Numbered from the stretch's first letter, positions 25,187 through 34,971 are shown. The stretch: DNA of 37,551 nt from Chloroflexota bacterium (GCA_026389925.1 JAPLGX010000171.1:1-37551); one strand, 5' to 3'. Numbers and translations: made by a program. The notes: generated by a model from the sequence alone, not told the origin.

Positions 25187-27502
25187 CTACTCCGCCGGGG
25201 CGGCAAAGTAGGCCACGGCGCGCGTTCCGTCCATGGCCAGGGTGAGCGTGCACCCCGGCCTCTCGCTCGGGATGTGAATCACGCGTACGCACTCCGCCAT
25301 CGCCTGGCGGTCGGGCATCAGCTCGGACAGGCAATTCGCAGCCTGCTCCAGGAATGCTTCGTTGAGCCAATCGCCTTCGTTCGAGGTGGAGATGGCCAGC
25401 GGGTAGATCTGCGCCTCGAACAGATCCTGAAAGAAGTGCGTCCCAAACGAGGGGTCGGGGCGCGCGCCCTCCGGGCCGAGGCCAAGTTCGACCAGTGCGC
25501 TGGCGTTGTAGATCTCGGCGTAGCCGACGGGCACACCGAGGCGCGAGTTGGAGGAGCCCCAGCGTCCGGGCCCCAATAGGATGAAGCGCGTTCCCGCCAG
25601 GCGCGCATTGAGTTGGCCGACGAGGCGGGCCACCTCGGCGCGCGTGCCGTCCCCGCGGATGGCCTGATAGGCCTCGGGGGCGACATACACGAGATACTCC
25701 ACCTGGTCCACATAGCCGCGCGGAATCATGCGCGTGGCACGGAACAGCATATGCTCGTCGCCCAAGCCCTCCGGAACGGCGACCGCTCCACCCGCGCGCA
25801 GGTTGCTCTGCGGGCGGCACTGCAGGAGGTGCAGCCCAAAGCCCTCTGCCCCTCGCCCAAGTTGAGTGACGGCGAATTCCACGTCCACCGGCCCGCCAAG
25901 CGTGCGCGCGAGCGTGGTCAACACATCCTTGATCAATGCCACGAAGGACGTCCGCCCGATCAGATTGTCGAAGGTGAGTACCAGGTTGCGCGAAGTGACC
26001 TCCGGCCCGAGCGAGAAAAGCGGCAGGATGGCATCCCCGCTGTCAAGCGAGGCGACCCAGGCCAGACCGGGGTAGTCTACGTCGAGCACTTCCGCCACCG
26101 GCCGCGTGGCAAATGCATTCATGGCGAGGTCGATGAGATCCACCGACGCCTGGCTGTAGCGGCGGATGGCGCCCAGCGAGGTTTCCGGGCGCAGGCGCGG
26201 ATGGCTGAGCATGATCAAGCGCGGGTAGTCCTCGCCCACGCGTTCCACGGCGCGCGTGCCCAGCCCGAGCACGAGGCGCACAAAACCCTCTTCCGGCCGC
26301 ATCTGAGAATCCCACACGATCGGGCTGGTGCTGAAGGCCACGCCCGCCAGAGCCGGGAAGAGCAGCTCGCGGTAGCGCTCGCCTTGCACCTCCTGCAAGA
26401 GGATCGCCATGCGCTCGTCATAATCCAAGAGGCCCATGCGCCGCCGGTAGATGAGGACATCCGGGTTGTAGACGCTGGCGTAGATACGGCGGATGGCCGC
26501 GATCAGCGCCTCGAGATTCTCGTCAAGGGTGCCCTGATTGGCGCAGAACAAGCTGGCATACTTGCCGGCAAACGAGGTGCCGAATGAGTCCTCCAGCAGG
26601 CTCGAGGAGCGGACGATGATCGGCACCTGGCCCAGCTCGGCCAGGATCGCGCGCAACCCCTCGCGCGCGGCCTCCGGGAAGCGCCCCTGGTTGTAGGCGG
26701 TGACGATGGCCGGGTAGTCATCGGCAATCTGCTCGGACGTCTTGTACTTCTGGTTGAGGTACTCCAGCCCGTTGAGCGCCAGGAAATCGTAGAACACGTC
26801 CGCGCACACGAAATACGACTGCGGCAGGCGCAGGCGCGGTGCGAGGTGCGGCGCCGCCCCCTGCAGGATCTTCCAGCCCAGCAGCAGGCCGCCGGCCTTG
26901 CCGCCGATCTTGCCCGTGCCCACCGAGCGGGCTTGGATCGAGGCAAAGTCGCCGGCGCTGAACCACTGTTTGGCCACGCGCACAAAGCTGAGCTGATCGC
27001 TGACCATGGTCTTGGTCAGCACCACACACATTTCTTCCAGATGATGCGCCACGCGCTCACGCTCATCCGGTGGCATTTTCTCGTACTCGGCCATCTGCTG
27101 CAGCAACAACTCGCGCGGCGCCAGCTCCGGGTTGAAGCCTAGCCCGCCCCCCGGCGCGCGCCCGAGGCGTTCGCCCAGCACGGATTCCACAATGCCGGTG
27201 AACAGCTCGAGCGGCAGGTTGTAAGCGAAGTAGAAATCGGTCAGGTGATCGCGGATCAGGCGCAGCCTCTCCTCCCACTGCGCCGGATTCTCTTCTACCA
27301 GTGGATCGGTCAGGTCCTCGCGGTGCTGGGAGGTGATAGCCTTTTCGTGCGCCTCGCGCTCGAAGAGGTTGGGCGAGATGACCCCGCGCCGGTACAGTTC
27401 ATCGCGCATGCGCCGGCGGATGGTGGCGGCCAGAATCGGATACTGCGCGATGTGCAGAGTGATGGTAAGGATCTTGGGCGTCTCGCGCGGCAGGTCGGGC
27501 AT
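25187..27502 (-). CDS. PEP/pyruvate-binding (PPDK_N ATP-grasp) domain protein of unknown function
   Basis: IGGKAGGL, IIVRSSSLLED, SFAGKYAS, MAILLQEV, GLGTRAV, DVEFA, LLQCRP; C-terminal GPGRWGSS and SFGTHFFQDL. Confidence 0.88.
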   Translation of the reverse strand: MPDLPRETPKILTITLHIAQYPILAATIRRRMRDELYRRGVISPNLFEREAHEKAITSQHREDLTDPLVEENPAQWEERLRLIRDHLTDFYFAYNLPLELFTGIVESVLGERLGRAPGGGLGFNPELAPRELLLQQMAEYEKMPPDERERVAHHLEEMCVVLTKTMVSDQLSFVRVAKQWFSAGDFASIQARSVGTGKIGGKAGGLLLGWKILQGAAPHLAPRLRLPQSYFVCADVFYDFLALNGLEYLNQKYKTSEQIADDYPAIVTAYNQGRFPEAAREGLRAILAELGQVPIIVRSSSLLEDSFGTSFAGKYASLFCANQGTLDENLEALIAAIRRIYASVYNPDVLIYRRRMGLLDYDERMAILLQEVQGERYRELLFPALAGVAFSTSPIVWDSQMRPEEGFVRLVLGLGTRAVERVGEDYPRLIMLSHPRLRPETSLGAIRRYSQASVDLIDLAMNAFATRPVAEVLDVDYPGLAWVASLDSGDAILPLFSLGPEVTSRNLVLTFDNLIGRTSFVALIKDVLTTLARTLGGPVDVEFAVTQLGRGAEGFGLHLLQCRPQSNLRAGGAVAVPEGLGDEHMLFRATRMIPRGYVDQVEYLVYVAPEAYQAIRGDGTRAEVARLVGQLNARLAGTRFILLGPGRWGSSNSRLGVPVGYAEIYNASALVELGLGPEGARPDPSFGTHFFQDLFEAQIYPLAISTSNEGDWLNEAFLEQAANCLSELMPDRQAMAECVRVIHIPSERPGCTLTLAMDGTRAVAYFAAPAE

Positions 27503-27508
27503 GGCTTC

Positions 27509-27514
27509 ATTCTA
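27509..27514 (-). promoter_or_regulatory. -10 box TAGAAT, leaderless geometry
   Basis: Minus strand reads TAGAAT-gaagcc-ATG (27502); no SD. Confidence 0.6.
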
Positions 27515-27530
27515 ATTCGGGCGAGGGGGA

Positions 27531-27564
27531 TCACACAGGGGCGGGTGGCCCCGCCCCTGTGTGA
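27531..27564. terminator. 15-bp perfect hairpin after gdhA
   Basis: TCACACAGGGGCGGG [TGGC] CCCGCCCCTGTGTGA, 15 nt beyond the gdhA stop; no U tract. Confidence 0.6.
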
Positions 27565-27579
27565 CACCGGACGCCGAGC

Positions 27580-28866
27580 CTACACCCAGCCGCGCAGCTT
27601 CATGGCCTTGACCACCTTATCGATGGCCACCAGGTAAGCCGCATCGCGCGTATACACCTTGCGCTCGGTCGACATATGCAGCACGCCGTGGAAGGCCTCG
27701 GTCATCTTCTGATCAAGCTTGGCCAGCACCTCATCCTTCGGCCAGTAGAAGTTCATGTCGTTCTGGACCGATTCGAAGTAAGAGGTGGTGACACCGCCGG
27801 CGTTGCACAGGAAATCCGGGATGAGGAAGATGTTGCGCTTGCGGATGACCTCATCCCCTTCCAGCGAGGTGGGGCCGTTGGCCCCCTCGGCGATGAGGCG
27901 CACGCGCTTGTGCATCTTGGGCGCTGTCTCGCCGGTGATCTGGCCCTCGATGGCCGCGGGGATGATGACGTCGGCTTCCTTGGTGATCCACGCGCCGCCG
28001 TCTTCGATCACGTAGCCGGCCGCCTTGGCCTTGGCCTTATCCACCGTGCCATACTGGTCGGTGATGCTCTGCAAGAAGCGCGCATCCACACCGCTGGGGT
28101 GCGAGAACGTGTAGGTCTTCTTGTCGCCGCCGTCGTAGCACGAGACACAGGTCACTTTGCCGCCGAGCATCTCCTTGAAGCCGATGGCCGCGTACTGGGC
28201 CACGTTGCCGAAGCCCTGGATGGCGGCCACGCTGGCCTTGGGGTCCATGCCCAGGTGCTTCATCGCTTCGCGCACGACATAGATCACGCCGTAACCAGTG
28301 GCTTCGGTGCGGCCGAGCGACCCGCCGCCGCCCACCGGTTTGCCGGTGAAAACGCCCGGCGTGTACTGGCCCACCAGGCGCGAGTACTCATCCATCATCC
28401 AGGCCATCATCTGCGGCGTGGTGCCCACGTCCGGCGCGGGCACGTCCTGGCGCGGGCCGATGTTGCGCCACATCACGTTGACCCAGCCGCGGCACAGGCG
28501 TTCCTTCTCAGCGTCGGAGAGCGAGGCCGGGTTGACGATGATGCCGCCCTTGCCGCCACCCAGCGGGATGTCGGCCACGGCGCACTTCCAGGTCATCCAG
28601 GTGGCCAGCGCACGCACCGTGTCGAGGGTCTCGTTCGGGTGGAAGCGGATGCCGCCCTTATACGGGCCACGCGCATCGTTGTGCTGCACGCGGAAGCCGT
28701 TGAAGACCTGCAGGCGCCCGTCGTCCATGCGCACCGGAATGCGGAATTGGAATTCGCGCTGCGGCCAGCGCAAAATGGCGCGCACGTCCTCCGCCAGGCC
28801 GAGGAGTTCCGCGCCTCGGTCGAATTGAGCTTGAGCGAGCACAAAGGGATTATTCGAATTGTCCAT
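27580..28866 (-). CDS. gdhA: Glu/Leu/Phe/Val dehydrogenase, glutamate dehydrogenase type
   Basis: GPYKGGIRFHP, MTWKCA, GGGKGG, DVPAPDV, GRTEATGYG, IQGFGNV, EGANGP, NAGGV; start MDNSNNPF. Confidence 0.92.
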   Translation of the reverse strand: MDNSNNPFVLAQAQFDRGAELLGLAEDVRAILRWPQREFQFRIPVRMDDGRLQVFNGFRVQHNDARGPYKGGIRFHPNETLDTVRALATWMTWKCAVADIPLGGGKGGIIVNPASLSDAEKERLCRGWVNVMWRNIGPRQDVPAPDVGTTPQMMAWMMDEYSRLVGQYTPGVFTGKPVGGGGSLGRTEATGYGVIYVVREAMKHLGMDPKASVAAIQGFGNVAQYAAIGFKEMLGGKVTCVSCYDGGDKKTYTFSHPSGVDARFLQSITDQYGTVDKAKAKAAGYVIEDGGAWITKEADVIIPAAIEGQITGETAPKMHKRVRLIAEGANGPTSLEGDEVIRKRNIFLIPDFLCNAGGVTTSYFESVQNDMNFYWPKDEVLAKLDQKMTEAFHGVLHMSTERKVYTRDAAYLVAIDKVVKAMKLRGWV

Positions 28867-28967
28867 CAGGATTGCGTCCTTTTCTTGCCTAAGTTCGGCT
28901 CTCTCCGAGAGATGCCGCCGGGGTGTATTGCACCCCAGTGATGAATGGCATCGAGTCGCGGGAGAAT

Positions 28968-30437
28968 CTACCCGTCTTTTCCGGGTGACAGGTGTTCCTC
29001 GAGCAAGGCCTGCACCAGGCGCGGGTCGGCGCGTCCGCGGCTGGCCTTCATCACTTGGCCGACCAACCACTGCATCACGCTGAGTTTCCCCGCGCGCACC
29101 TGGTTCGCCTGGGCTGCGTTCTCGCGCACCACGCGCTCAACCAGTTCGCGCAATGCCGCGGCATCCCCGATGCGTTCGAGCCCGCGCTCGCGCACGATGG
29201 CCTCCGGCGTGTGCCCGCCGCGCAACATTTCTTCGAGCACGGCCTTGCCGCTGGCGCCGGTGATCTCGCCCGTGGCGACGCGCTCCACCAAGTCGGCGAA
29301 GTCGGCGGGCGCGAGCGCCGGCTGGCCGTGGGCATCAACCAGCGGGCGGCCGAGGGCGTTGAGCGTGCCGAACAGGTCACTGGTGAGCCAGGCCGACAGC
29401 CGGCGCGGCGCGAGCCCGGGGCGGGCGCGCGCGCTGGCCTCGAAGAAATCCGCCGTGGCGCGGTCTTCCACGATCACCTCGGCCTCCGCGGCACCCAACT
29501 GGTACTCGGCCATCAATCGCTCGCGGCGTGCATCGGGAAGTTCGGGCAGCGCCGCGCGCACCCGCGCAAGCCAATCGGCTTCGATATGCAGCGGAGGCAG
29601 GTCCGGCTCGGGGAAGTAACGGTAATCATGCGCTTCCTCTTTGCTGCGCTGGCTGATGGTCTCGCCGCGCGTTTCATCCCAGCCCAGCGTTTCCTGAATC
29701 ACGCGTTCGCCGCGTGCGAGCAGTTCGCTTTGGCGCTGCACCTCGAAGTCGATCGCGCGCACCAGAGCCCGGAAACTGTTCAGGTTCTTAATCTCCACCC
29801 GTGTGCCCAGCTCGCGGCTGCCCGCGGGGCGGATGGAGACGTTGGCCTCGAAACGGATCACCCCCTTCTCCATGTCGCCGCTGTTCACCTCCAGGTAGCG
29901 TAGCAGGCGGCGCATAGCCGTGGTATAGGCCTTCGCCTCTTCGACTGAGAACAGGTCGGGCTCCGAGACGATTTCCAGCAGCGGCACGCCGGCGCGGTTG
30001 AAATCGACGAGCGAGGCCGGCGGCTGGCCCTCGGCGTGGGTCAGCTTGCCGGTATCCTCCTCGAGGTGCACTCGCCGCAGGCGCACGGTGCGCGCGCCGG
30101 CCAGGGTGATGATACGCAGCGCGCCGCCGCTCGCGAGCGGCGTTTCGTATTGCGAGATCTGGTATCCCTTGGGCAGGTCGGGGTAGAAGTAGTTCTTGCG
30201 GGCGAAGATGCTGGCAGGCAGCACCTCGCAGCCGAGGGCGAGGGCCACGCGCAGCGCCAGCTCCACTGCGCGCTCGTTGACCACCGGCAGTGTGCCCGGG
30301 TAACCCAGGCAGATCGGGCACACGGCGGTATTGGGCGCGGCCTGGGTGGTATCCACGCGGCGGCATCCACAGAACATCTTGGTCTGTGTTTGCAGCTCAG
30401 CGTGAATTTCTAGTCCAATGACCGGCTCGTATGGCAT
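28968..30437 (-). CDS. gatB: Asp-tRNA(Asn)/Glu-tRNA(Gln) amidotransferase subunit B
   Basis: VIGLEIHAEL, RKNYFYPDLPKGYQISQ, HLEEDTGK, DFNRAGVPLLEIV, DYRYFPEPDL. Confidence 0.97.
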   Translation of the reverse strand: MPYEPVIGLEIHAELQTQTKMFCGCRRVDTTQAAPNTAVCPICLGYPGTLPVVNERAVELALRVALALGCEVLPASIFARKNYFYPDLPKGYQISQYETPLASGGALRIITLAGARTVRLRRVHLEEDTGKLTHAEGQPPASLVDFNRAGVPLLEIVSEPDLFSVEEAKAYTTAMRRLLRYLEVNSGDMEKGVIRFEANVSIRPAGSRELGTRVEIKNLNSFRALVRAIDFEVQRQSELLARGERVIQETLGWDETRGETISQRSKEEAHDYRYFPEPDLPPLHIEADWLARVRAALPELPDARRERLMAEYQLGAAEAEVIVEDRATADFFEASARARPGLAPRRLSAWLTSDLFGTLNALGRPLVDAHGQPALAPADFADLVERVATGEITGASGKAVLEEMLRGGHTPEAIVRERGLERIGDAAALRELVERVVRENAAQANQVRAGKLSVMQWLVGQVMKASRGRADPRLVQALLEEHLSPGKDG

Positions 30438-30480
30438 GCGGGCGAGTGTCCTTGGTGAGCAAGAGTCCCGTGTATTCGGG

Positions 30481-32505
30481 TTACGGGCGCGAGACCTTGA
30501 AGTTGTCGAAGAGGATGTCGGTGCCGGCTTCGTCAAACGTGCCGGCAATCAGCCCCACATCGCCGCTGGGCAGCGTGCTATCCTCGGCCTCCGCCACCAA
30601 TTCGTCGTTCACATACAGGCGCAGCGTGGGTCCAATGCACTCGGCGCGGATGCGATTCGTTGCTTCACCCTGGGCAATCGCATCGCTCGGTTGATACTGG
30701 TCGCTCGACAGCCCTACCCACTCACCGGCGCGATACATGGCGATGATCGCGTAACCGTCGCTGCTGATCTCGAACAGGTAGTAGTTCTGGTTGTCCTGGT
30801 AGCGGCACAACACGCCGAAGTCGTTGTCTTGCGGTCCGCCGAGTGTGGTGGCCTCAACCTCCATGATCGCATCTACAACGTCCAGGCCTGGTTGCCCCCA
30901 GACATCCAACTGCGAGTCATTGACCCAGATGCGATAGCCGCCCTGCGCGTAGTCGGTGATGACCGTCTCGTCCGAACGGCGAGGCCATCCGGAGAAAGGG
31001 TCGGAGAAATCGTCGGCGAAGAGAACCTTGCCGGAGGCTGAGCCAGGCCCGCCCGGAACGCGCACCTGGAAGTTGTCGAAAGCAACCCTTAGCCCGCCTT
31101 CTTCCCAGGTGCCGGCGATCAAACCGGTACTGCCTTCGGTCAGGTCCGCATCGGTGGCCTCACCCAGCACCACGCCATCGGCCATAAGCGTCAGGCGGTC
31201 ACCAATGCAGGCGGCGCTGAGCGTCGCATCGCTGCCCGACGGCACGTCAGTCGACTGGGTCCAATCCAGAATCATCACTGTTTCGTCATCAGTGCTTTTC
31301 CAGATGGAGAAGTATCTGTCCTCGCTGATCTCCAGCGCGTAGAAGTTGCGGCTGTCCTGGTAGCGGCATAGCAGTCCGAAGTCGCTATCCCCCGTGGAGG
31401 TGAGTACACGCACATTGACCGAAACGATCACATCGGGCGGCATGTCGGCCGGCGCCGCCGCCCAACTCAGATACTTATCGGGGGTCACATCGATCTGGTA
31501 CGCGCCCCCGGAATACCCGCGCTGGATTCCTTCTGTGCTGTCTTCTGGCCACCCGCTGCTGGCGCGCGAGAAGTCGTCGGCGAAAACGACATCGCCCGAG
31601 GTCGGCGCGCGCGCCGGTTCACTGGGCGCCTCGACGATCATCACCCGGCCCTCGGCTGCGGCGTTGATCAGCGGCATGGCCAGTTTCACGGGGCGCAGCG
31701 CATTGATGAACCCGCCGGTCGGAATGCAAGTGTCGTTTTCGTCGACACGCCCATCGCGGTTGGTGTCGGCCAGCGGCCGGCAATCGACGATGTCCGCATC
31801 GCCGCCCGAGCCCACCTGGGTGGGGATGCCGATCAGTTCGCCCTGGCCGTTGAGCGCCATGCCGCCGCTGTTGCCGCCGGCGATCGTCGCGGAGGTCTTG
31901 ATGAAGGCGCGCTTGCCGACGTTGCTCTCGGCCGTGAATCCGCTCACCTCACCCGAGGTGAGCGTGATCGTCTCGCCGCCGATGCCCGGGTAACCGAGAA
32001 TCGTGACCGCATCGCCCAGCTTCAGGCTGTCGGAATCGCCGAGCGGCACGACCGGCAAGTTGAGCGAACTGCGTTCGATCAGGTTGCCGTCGAGATCGCT
32101 CACCACGCGGATGACCGCAATATCCAGATCGGCATCGGCCTGCATCACTCCGGCCAGGTAGGTCGGCTCGGGCGGCTCATCCGGCTTGAGGGTGAGCGCC
32201 ACCACCAGCCCGCCGAGCGGAAAGTTCTTGGGCGCCAGCACGACGTGCGCATTGGTCAGGATGAGCCCATCGGAGGAGATGATCGAACCCGAGCCGCGCC
32301 AGGCTGAGTTACCGTCACGGTCCACCGCGATGATTTCGACCACCGCCGGATAAGGCACCTCCTCCGCCGCGTGCGAGGCGGCGGGGGCCTGGCCGGCCAG
32401 CCGCACCGGAGTTGACGCCGAGGGAGTCGGCGGCGTGCCCAGATTGCAGCCCAGCACCACTAAGATGGCCACGCCCAGCGTGGCGAGTTTCAGCCGTGGT
32501 GACAT
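30481..32505 (-). CDS. Trypsin-like (S1C) serine protease lipoprotein with two tandem ConA-like/DUF1080-like domains
   Basis: Lipobox VLGC; triad TNAHVV, DIAVI, GGNSGG; two repeats starting VFADDFS..SGWP and ending FDNF.V. Confidence 0.87.
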   Translation of the reverse strand: MSPRLKLATLGVAILVVLGCNLGTPPTPSASTPVRLAGQAPAASHAAEEVPYPAVVEIIAVDRDGNSAWRGSGSIISSDGLILTNAHVVLAPKNFPLGGLVVALTLKPDEPPEPTYLAGVMQADADLDIAVIRVVSDLDGNLIERSSLNLPVVPLGDSDSLKLGDAVTILGYPGIGGETITLTSGEVSGFTAESNVGKRAFIKTSATIAGGNSGGMALNGQGELIGIPTQVGSGGDADIVDCRPLADTNRDGRVDENDTCIPTGGFINALRPVKLAMPLINAAAEGRVMIVEAPSEPARAPTSGDVVFADDFSRASSGWPEDSTEGIQRGYSGGAYQIDVTPDKYLSWAAAPADMPPDVIVSVNVRVLTSTGDSDFGLLCRYQDSRNFYALEISEDRYFSIWKSTDDETVMILDWTQSTDVPSGSDATLSAACIGDRLTLMADGVVLGEATDADLTEGSTGLIAGTWEEGGLRVAFDNFQVRVPGGPGSASGKVLFADDFSDPFSGWPRRSDETVITDYAQGGYRIWVNDSQLDVWGQPGLDVVDAIMEVEATTLGGPQDNDFGVLCRYQDNQNYYLFEISSDGYAIIAMYRAGEWVGLSSDQYQPSDAIAQGEATNRIRAECIGPTLRLYVNDELVAEAEDSTLPSGDVGLIAGTFDEAGTDILFDNFKVSRP

Positions 32506-32525
32506 TCGTCCCTCCACCTCGACCC

Positions 32526-33686
32526 TTATCCGTGACGGCGCAGGAAGCGTTCCATACGGTTGAGCGCTTCTTCTATTTGTTCATAGGCTGTGGCATACGA
32601 GCAGCGCACGAAGCCGGCTCCGGCCGCACCAAACGCCGCCCCCGGCACCACCGCCACGCGTTCCTCTTCCAGCAGCCGCTCGGCGAATTGCGTGTCGTCC
32701 ATGCCGCTGCGCTCGACCGAGGGGAAGGCATAGAAGGCGCCGCGCGGCTCGAAGCACGTGAGGCCCAGGCGATTGAGCCCCCCGACAATCAATTGCCTGC
32801 GCCGGTCGTACTCGCTGACCATCTTCTCGACGAACGCTTCGCCCTCCGCCAGCGCCGTGACCGCCGCCACCTGGGCCGTGGTAGGCGCCGACATGATGGT
32901 GTACTGATGGACCTTGCGCATCGCCGCCAGCAATTCGGCCGGCGCGGCGGCATAGCCGATGCGCCAGCCGGTCATGGCGTAGGCCTTGGAGAACCCGCCC
33001 AGGGTGATGGTGCGCTCGCGCATGCGCGGTAGCGAGGCAAAGCACACATGCTCCACGCCGTACACCAGGCGGTCGTAGATCTCATCCGAAATTACAAGGA
33101 TATCTCGCCGCTCGGCCAGATCGGCCACGTGCTCGAGCGCGGCGCGGCTCATCACCGCGCCGGTGGGATTGTTGGGGTAGCCGATCAGGACGGCCTTCGT
33201 GCGCGGTGTGATCGCCCGCTCGATGTCTTCCGCCGTCACCTGGAAGGAATCCTCGACGCGCGTGGCCAGGTACACCGGCACGCCGCCGGCCAGCGTCACC
33301 TCCGGGCCGTAGGCGACGAAACACGGCTGCGGCACGATCACTTCGTCGCCCGCGTCCAGGACCGCCACCAGCGCCAGGTAAAGCGCCTCCGAAACCCCCA
33401 CGGTGATGATGATTTCATCCGCCGGGTTGAAGCGCAGCGCATAACGGCGCATCAGGTGGTCGCATAACGCCTGGCGCAGTTCGAGAATTCCCGAGTTGGA
33501 GGTGTAGTGGGTCTCGCCGCGGCGCAGCGAGGCGATGCCGGCCTCGAGCACCGGCTCAGGCGTCACAAAATCCGGCTCGCCGATGCCCAGCGAGATGACA
33601 TCTTTCATCGTGGCGGCAATATCAAAAAAGCGCCGTATGCCTGAAGGAGGAATGCGGCCAATGCGCTTGGCAACCTCAGGCGACAT
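32526..33686 (-). CDS. Class I/II PLP-dependent aminotransferase
   Basis: LGIGEPDF, YPNNPTG, SDEIY, GFSKAYAMTGWRIGY, GAFY. Confidence 0.95.
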   Translation of the reverse strand: MSPEVAKRIGRIPPSGIRRFFDIAATMKDVISLGIGEPDFVTPEPVLEAGIASLRRGETHYTSNSGILELRQALCDHLMRRYALRFNPADEIIITVGVSEALYLALVAVLDAGDEVIVPQPCFVAYGPEVTLAGGVPVYLATRVEDSFQVTAEDIERAITPRTKAVLIGYPNNPTGAVMSRAALEHVADLAERRDILVISDEIYDRLVYGVEHVCFASLPRMRERTITLGGFSKAYAMTGWRIGYAAAPAELLAAMRKVHQYTIMSAPTTAQVAAVTALAEGEAFVEKMVSEYDRRRQLIVGGLNRLGLTCFEPRGAFYAFPSVERSGMDDTQFAERLLEEERVAVVPGAAFGAAGAGFVRCSYATAYEQIEEALNRMERFLRRHG

Positions 33687-33710
33687 GCAGCCTCCTGATC
33701 TGTGGTCGGC

Positions 33711-33962
33711 TCACGGCGAGGCCGGCGGGCTGCCCTTGTCCGCCGCAGATTCCAGCGGGTGCACCCGCCACTCGTCGGACAGCTCGACATAGAGCAGCTC
33801 AAAGCGCGCGCCCGCCGCGGTGCGCACGCGGAACTTCGTGCCGCCCGGAATGCGCCACTGCGCCTCCACCGCGGCCACCTCGTAGCGCATGCCTTGCCAG
33901 GTGAGCGCGTGCGGTCGCTCGGCGTAGGTGTACCCGGAGTGACACTCGACCCGTTCGCCCAT
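33711..33962 (-). CDS. Small hypothetical beta-rich protein (DUF6504-like pattern)
   Basis: Fits tightly between flanking genes; pattern W..RY.V..V...WR...FRV.T..G..FEL.Y......W. Family assignment tentative. Confidence 0.7.
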   Translation of the reverse strand: MGERVECHSGYTYAERPHALTWQGMRYEVAAVEAQWRIPGGTKFRVRTAAGARFELLYVELSDEWRVHPLESAADKGSPPASP

Positions 33963-33972
33963 CGATCACGGG

Positions 33973-34971
33973 TTACTCGAACCCGACCTCGGATGAATCA
34001 CCGACGATCATCGAACGGAACCCGCCGCGGATGCGCGCCTGGCGCCCGACGAGCGAGCCCGACAACACCGCCCCGCTGATCTCCGCCTCCTCATCCACGA
34101 CCGAATCGCGCACAACCGAATCCTCCACCACGCAGCCGGCCGCCAGCGAGGCATACGGCCCGATCACCGCGCGCTCGATGCGCGCCGCAGGATCAACAAA
34201 GACCGGCGGAACGACGACCACGCCGGGGCGCGCCGCGGAGGCGGAGGCCGAGTTCTCCCGTCCGTGATCGAGCAGGTAACGATTGGTGTGCAGCAGAGCA
34301 TCCGGCTTGCCGCAGTCCTCCCACACCTCCACCGGTTCGACGCGCATCTTCAGCCCGCGCTCAAGCATCAGGTTGAGCGCGTCGACGAGGAAGAACTCGC
34401 CGTTGAGGTGCAGGTTGCGCTTCATCTGCTCTTCGATGGCCTGGTCCAGCGCCTCGCCCTGGGGCAAGTAGTAACAACCGACGACCACCAGGTTGTTCTG
34501 GCGGTCGGCGGGTTTCTCAACCAGACGGCGCACCCACCCGCCCTCGCCTACCTCAGCCACGCCGAAGCGCCGCGGGTCGTCGACGGCTTTGACCCAGGCC
34601 ACGCCGGCTTCGCCGCTGCCGATCGCCCGCCGCAGGTCGGTCTCGATCAGCGTGTCGACAAAAAGCAGAAGCACCGGACCGTGCAGAAACTCTCGCGCCA
34701 GCCACAGCGCGTGCGACTGCCCGAGCATCTCGCGCTGCTCGACGTAGCGCGCGGTCAGGCGCGGGTAGGCGCGCTGCACGTAGGCCTGCACCTGATCGCC
34801 CAGGTAGCCGACGATAAAGACAACCTCCTTCACGTCGGGCAGGTCGTCGAACATATCCAACACGTGGCCCAGCACGGGCTGCCCTGCCACCGGCACAAGC
34901 GGTTTGGGTTTGCTCCAGGTGAGCGGGCGCAGGCGCGTGCCGAAGCCGGCCATGGGCAAGAGCACATTCAT
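33973..34971 (-). CDS. Sugar-phosphate nucleotidyltransferase with C-terminal beta-helix
   Basis: MAGFGTRLRPLT..KPKPL, DPRRFGV, LVEKP, WEDCG, hexapeptide-like tail; ATGA overlap with the gatA stop. Confidence 0.92.
   Translation of the reverse strand: MNVLLPMAGFGTRLRPLTWSKPKPLVPVAGQPVLGHVLDMFDDLPDVKEVVFIVGYLGDQVQAYVQRAYPRLTARYVEQREMLGQSHALWLAREFLHGPVLLLFVDTLIETDLRRAIGSGEAGVAWVKAVDDPRRFGVAEVGEGGWVRRLVEKPADRQNNLVVVGCYYLPQGEALDQAIEEQMKRNLHLNGEFFLVDALNLMLERGLKMRVEPVEVWEDCGKPDALLHTNRYLLDHGRENSASASAARPGVVVVPPVFVDPAARIERAVIGPYASLAAGCVVEDSVVRDSVVDEEAEISGAVLSGSLVGRQARIRGGFRSMIVGDSSEVGFE

Noticed and set aside
24221-28941. Long antisense or alternate-frame ORFs (e.g. 24221-25579, 27676-28941; also 4567-5934, 8904-10322)
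   Set aside because: Shadow ORFs of well-supported genes in GC-rich DNA, with no motifs or RBS.
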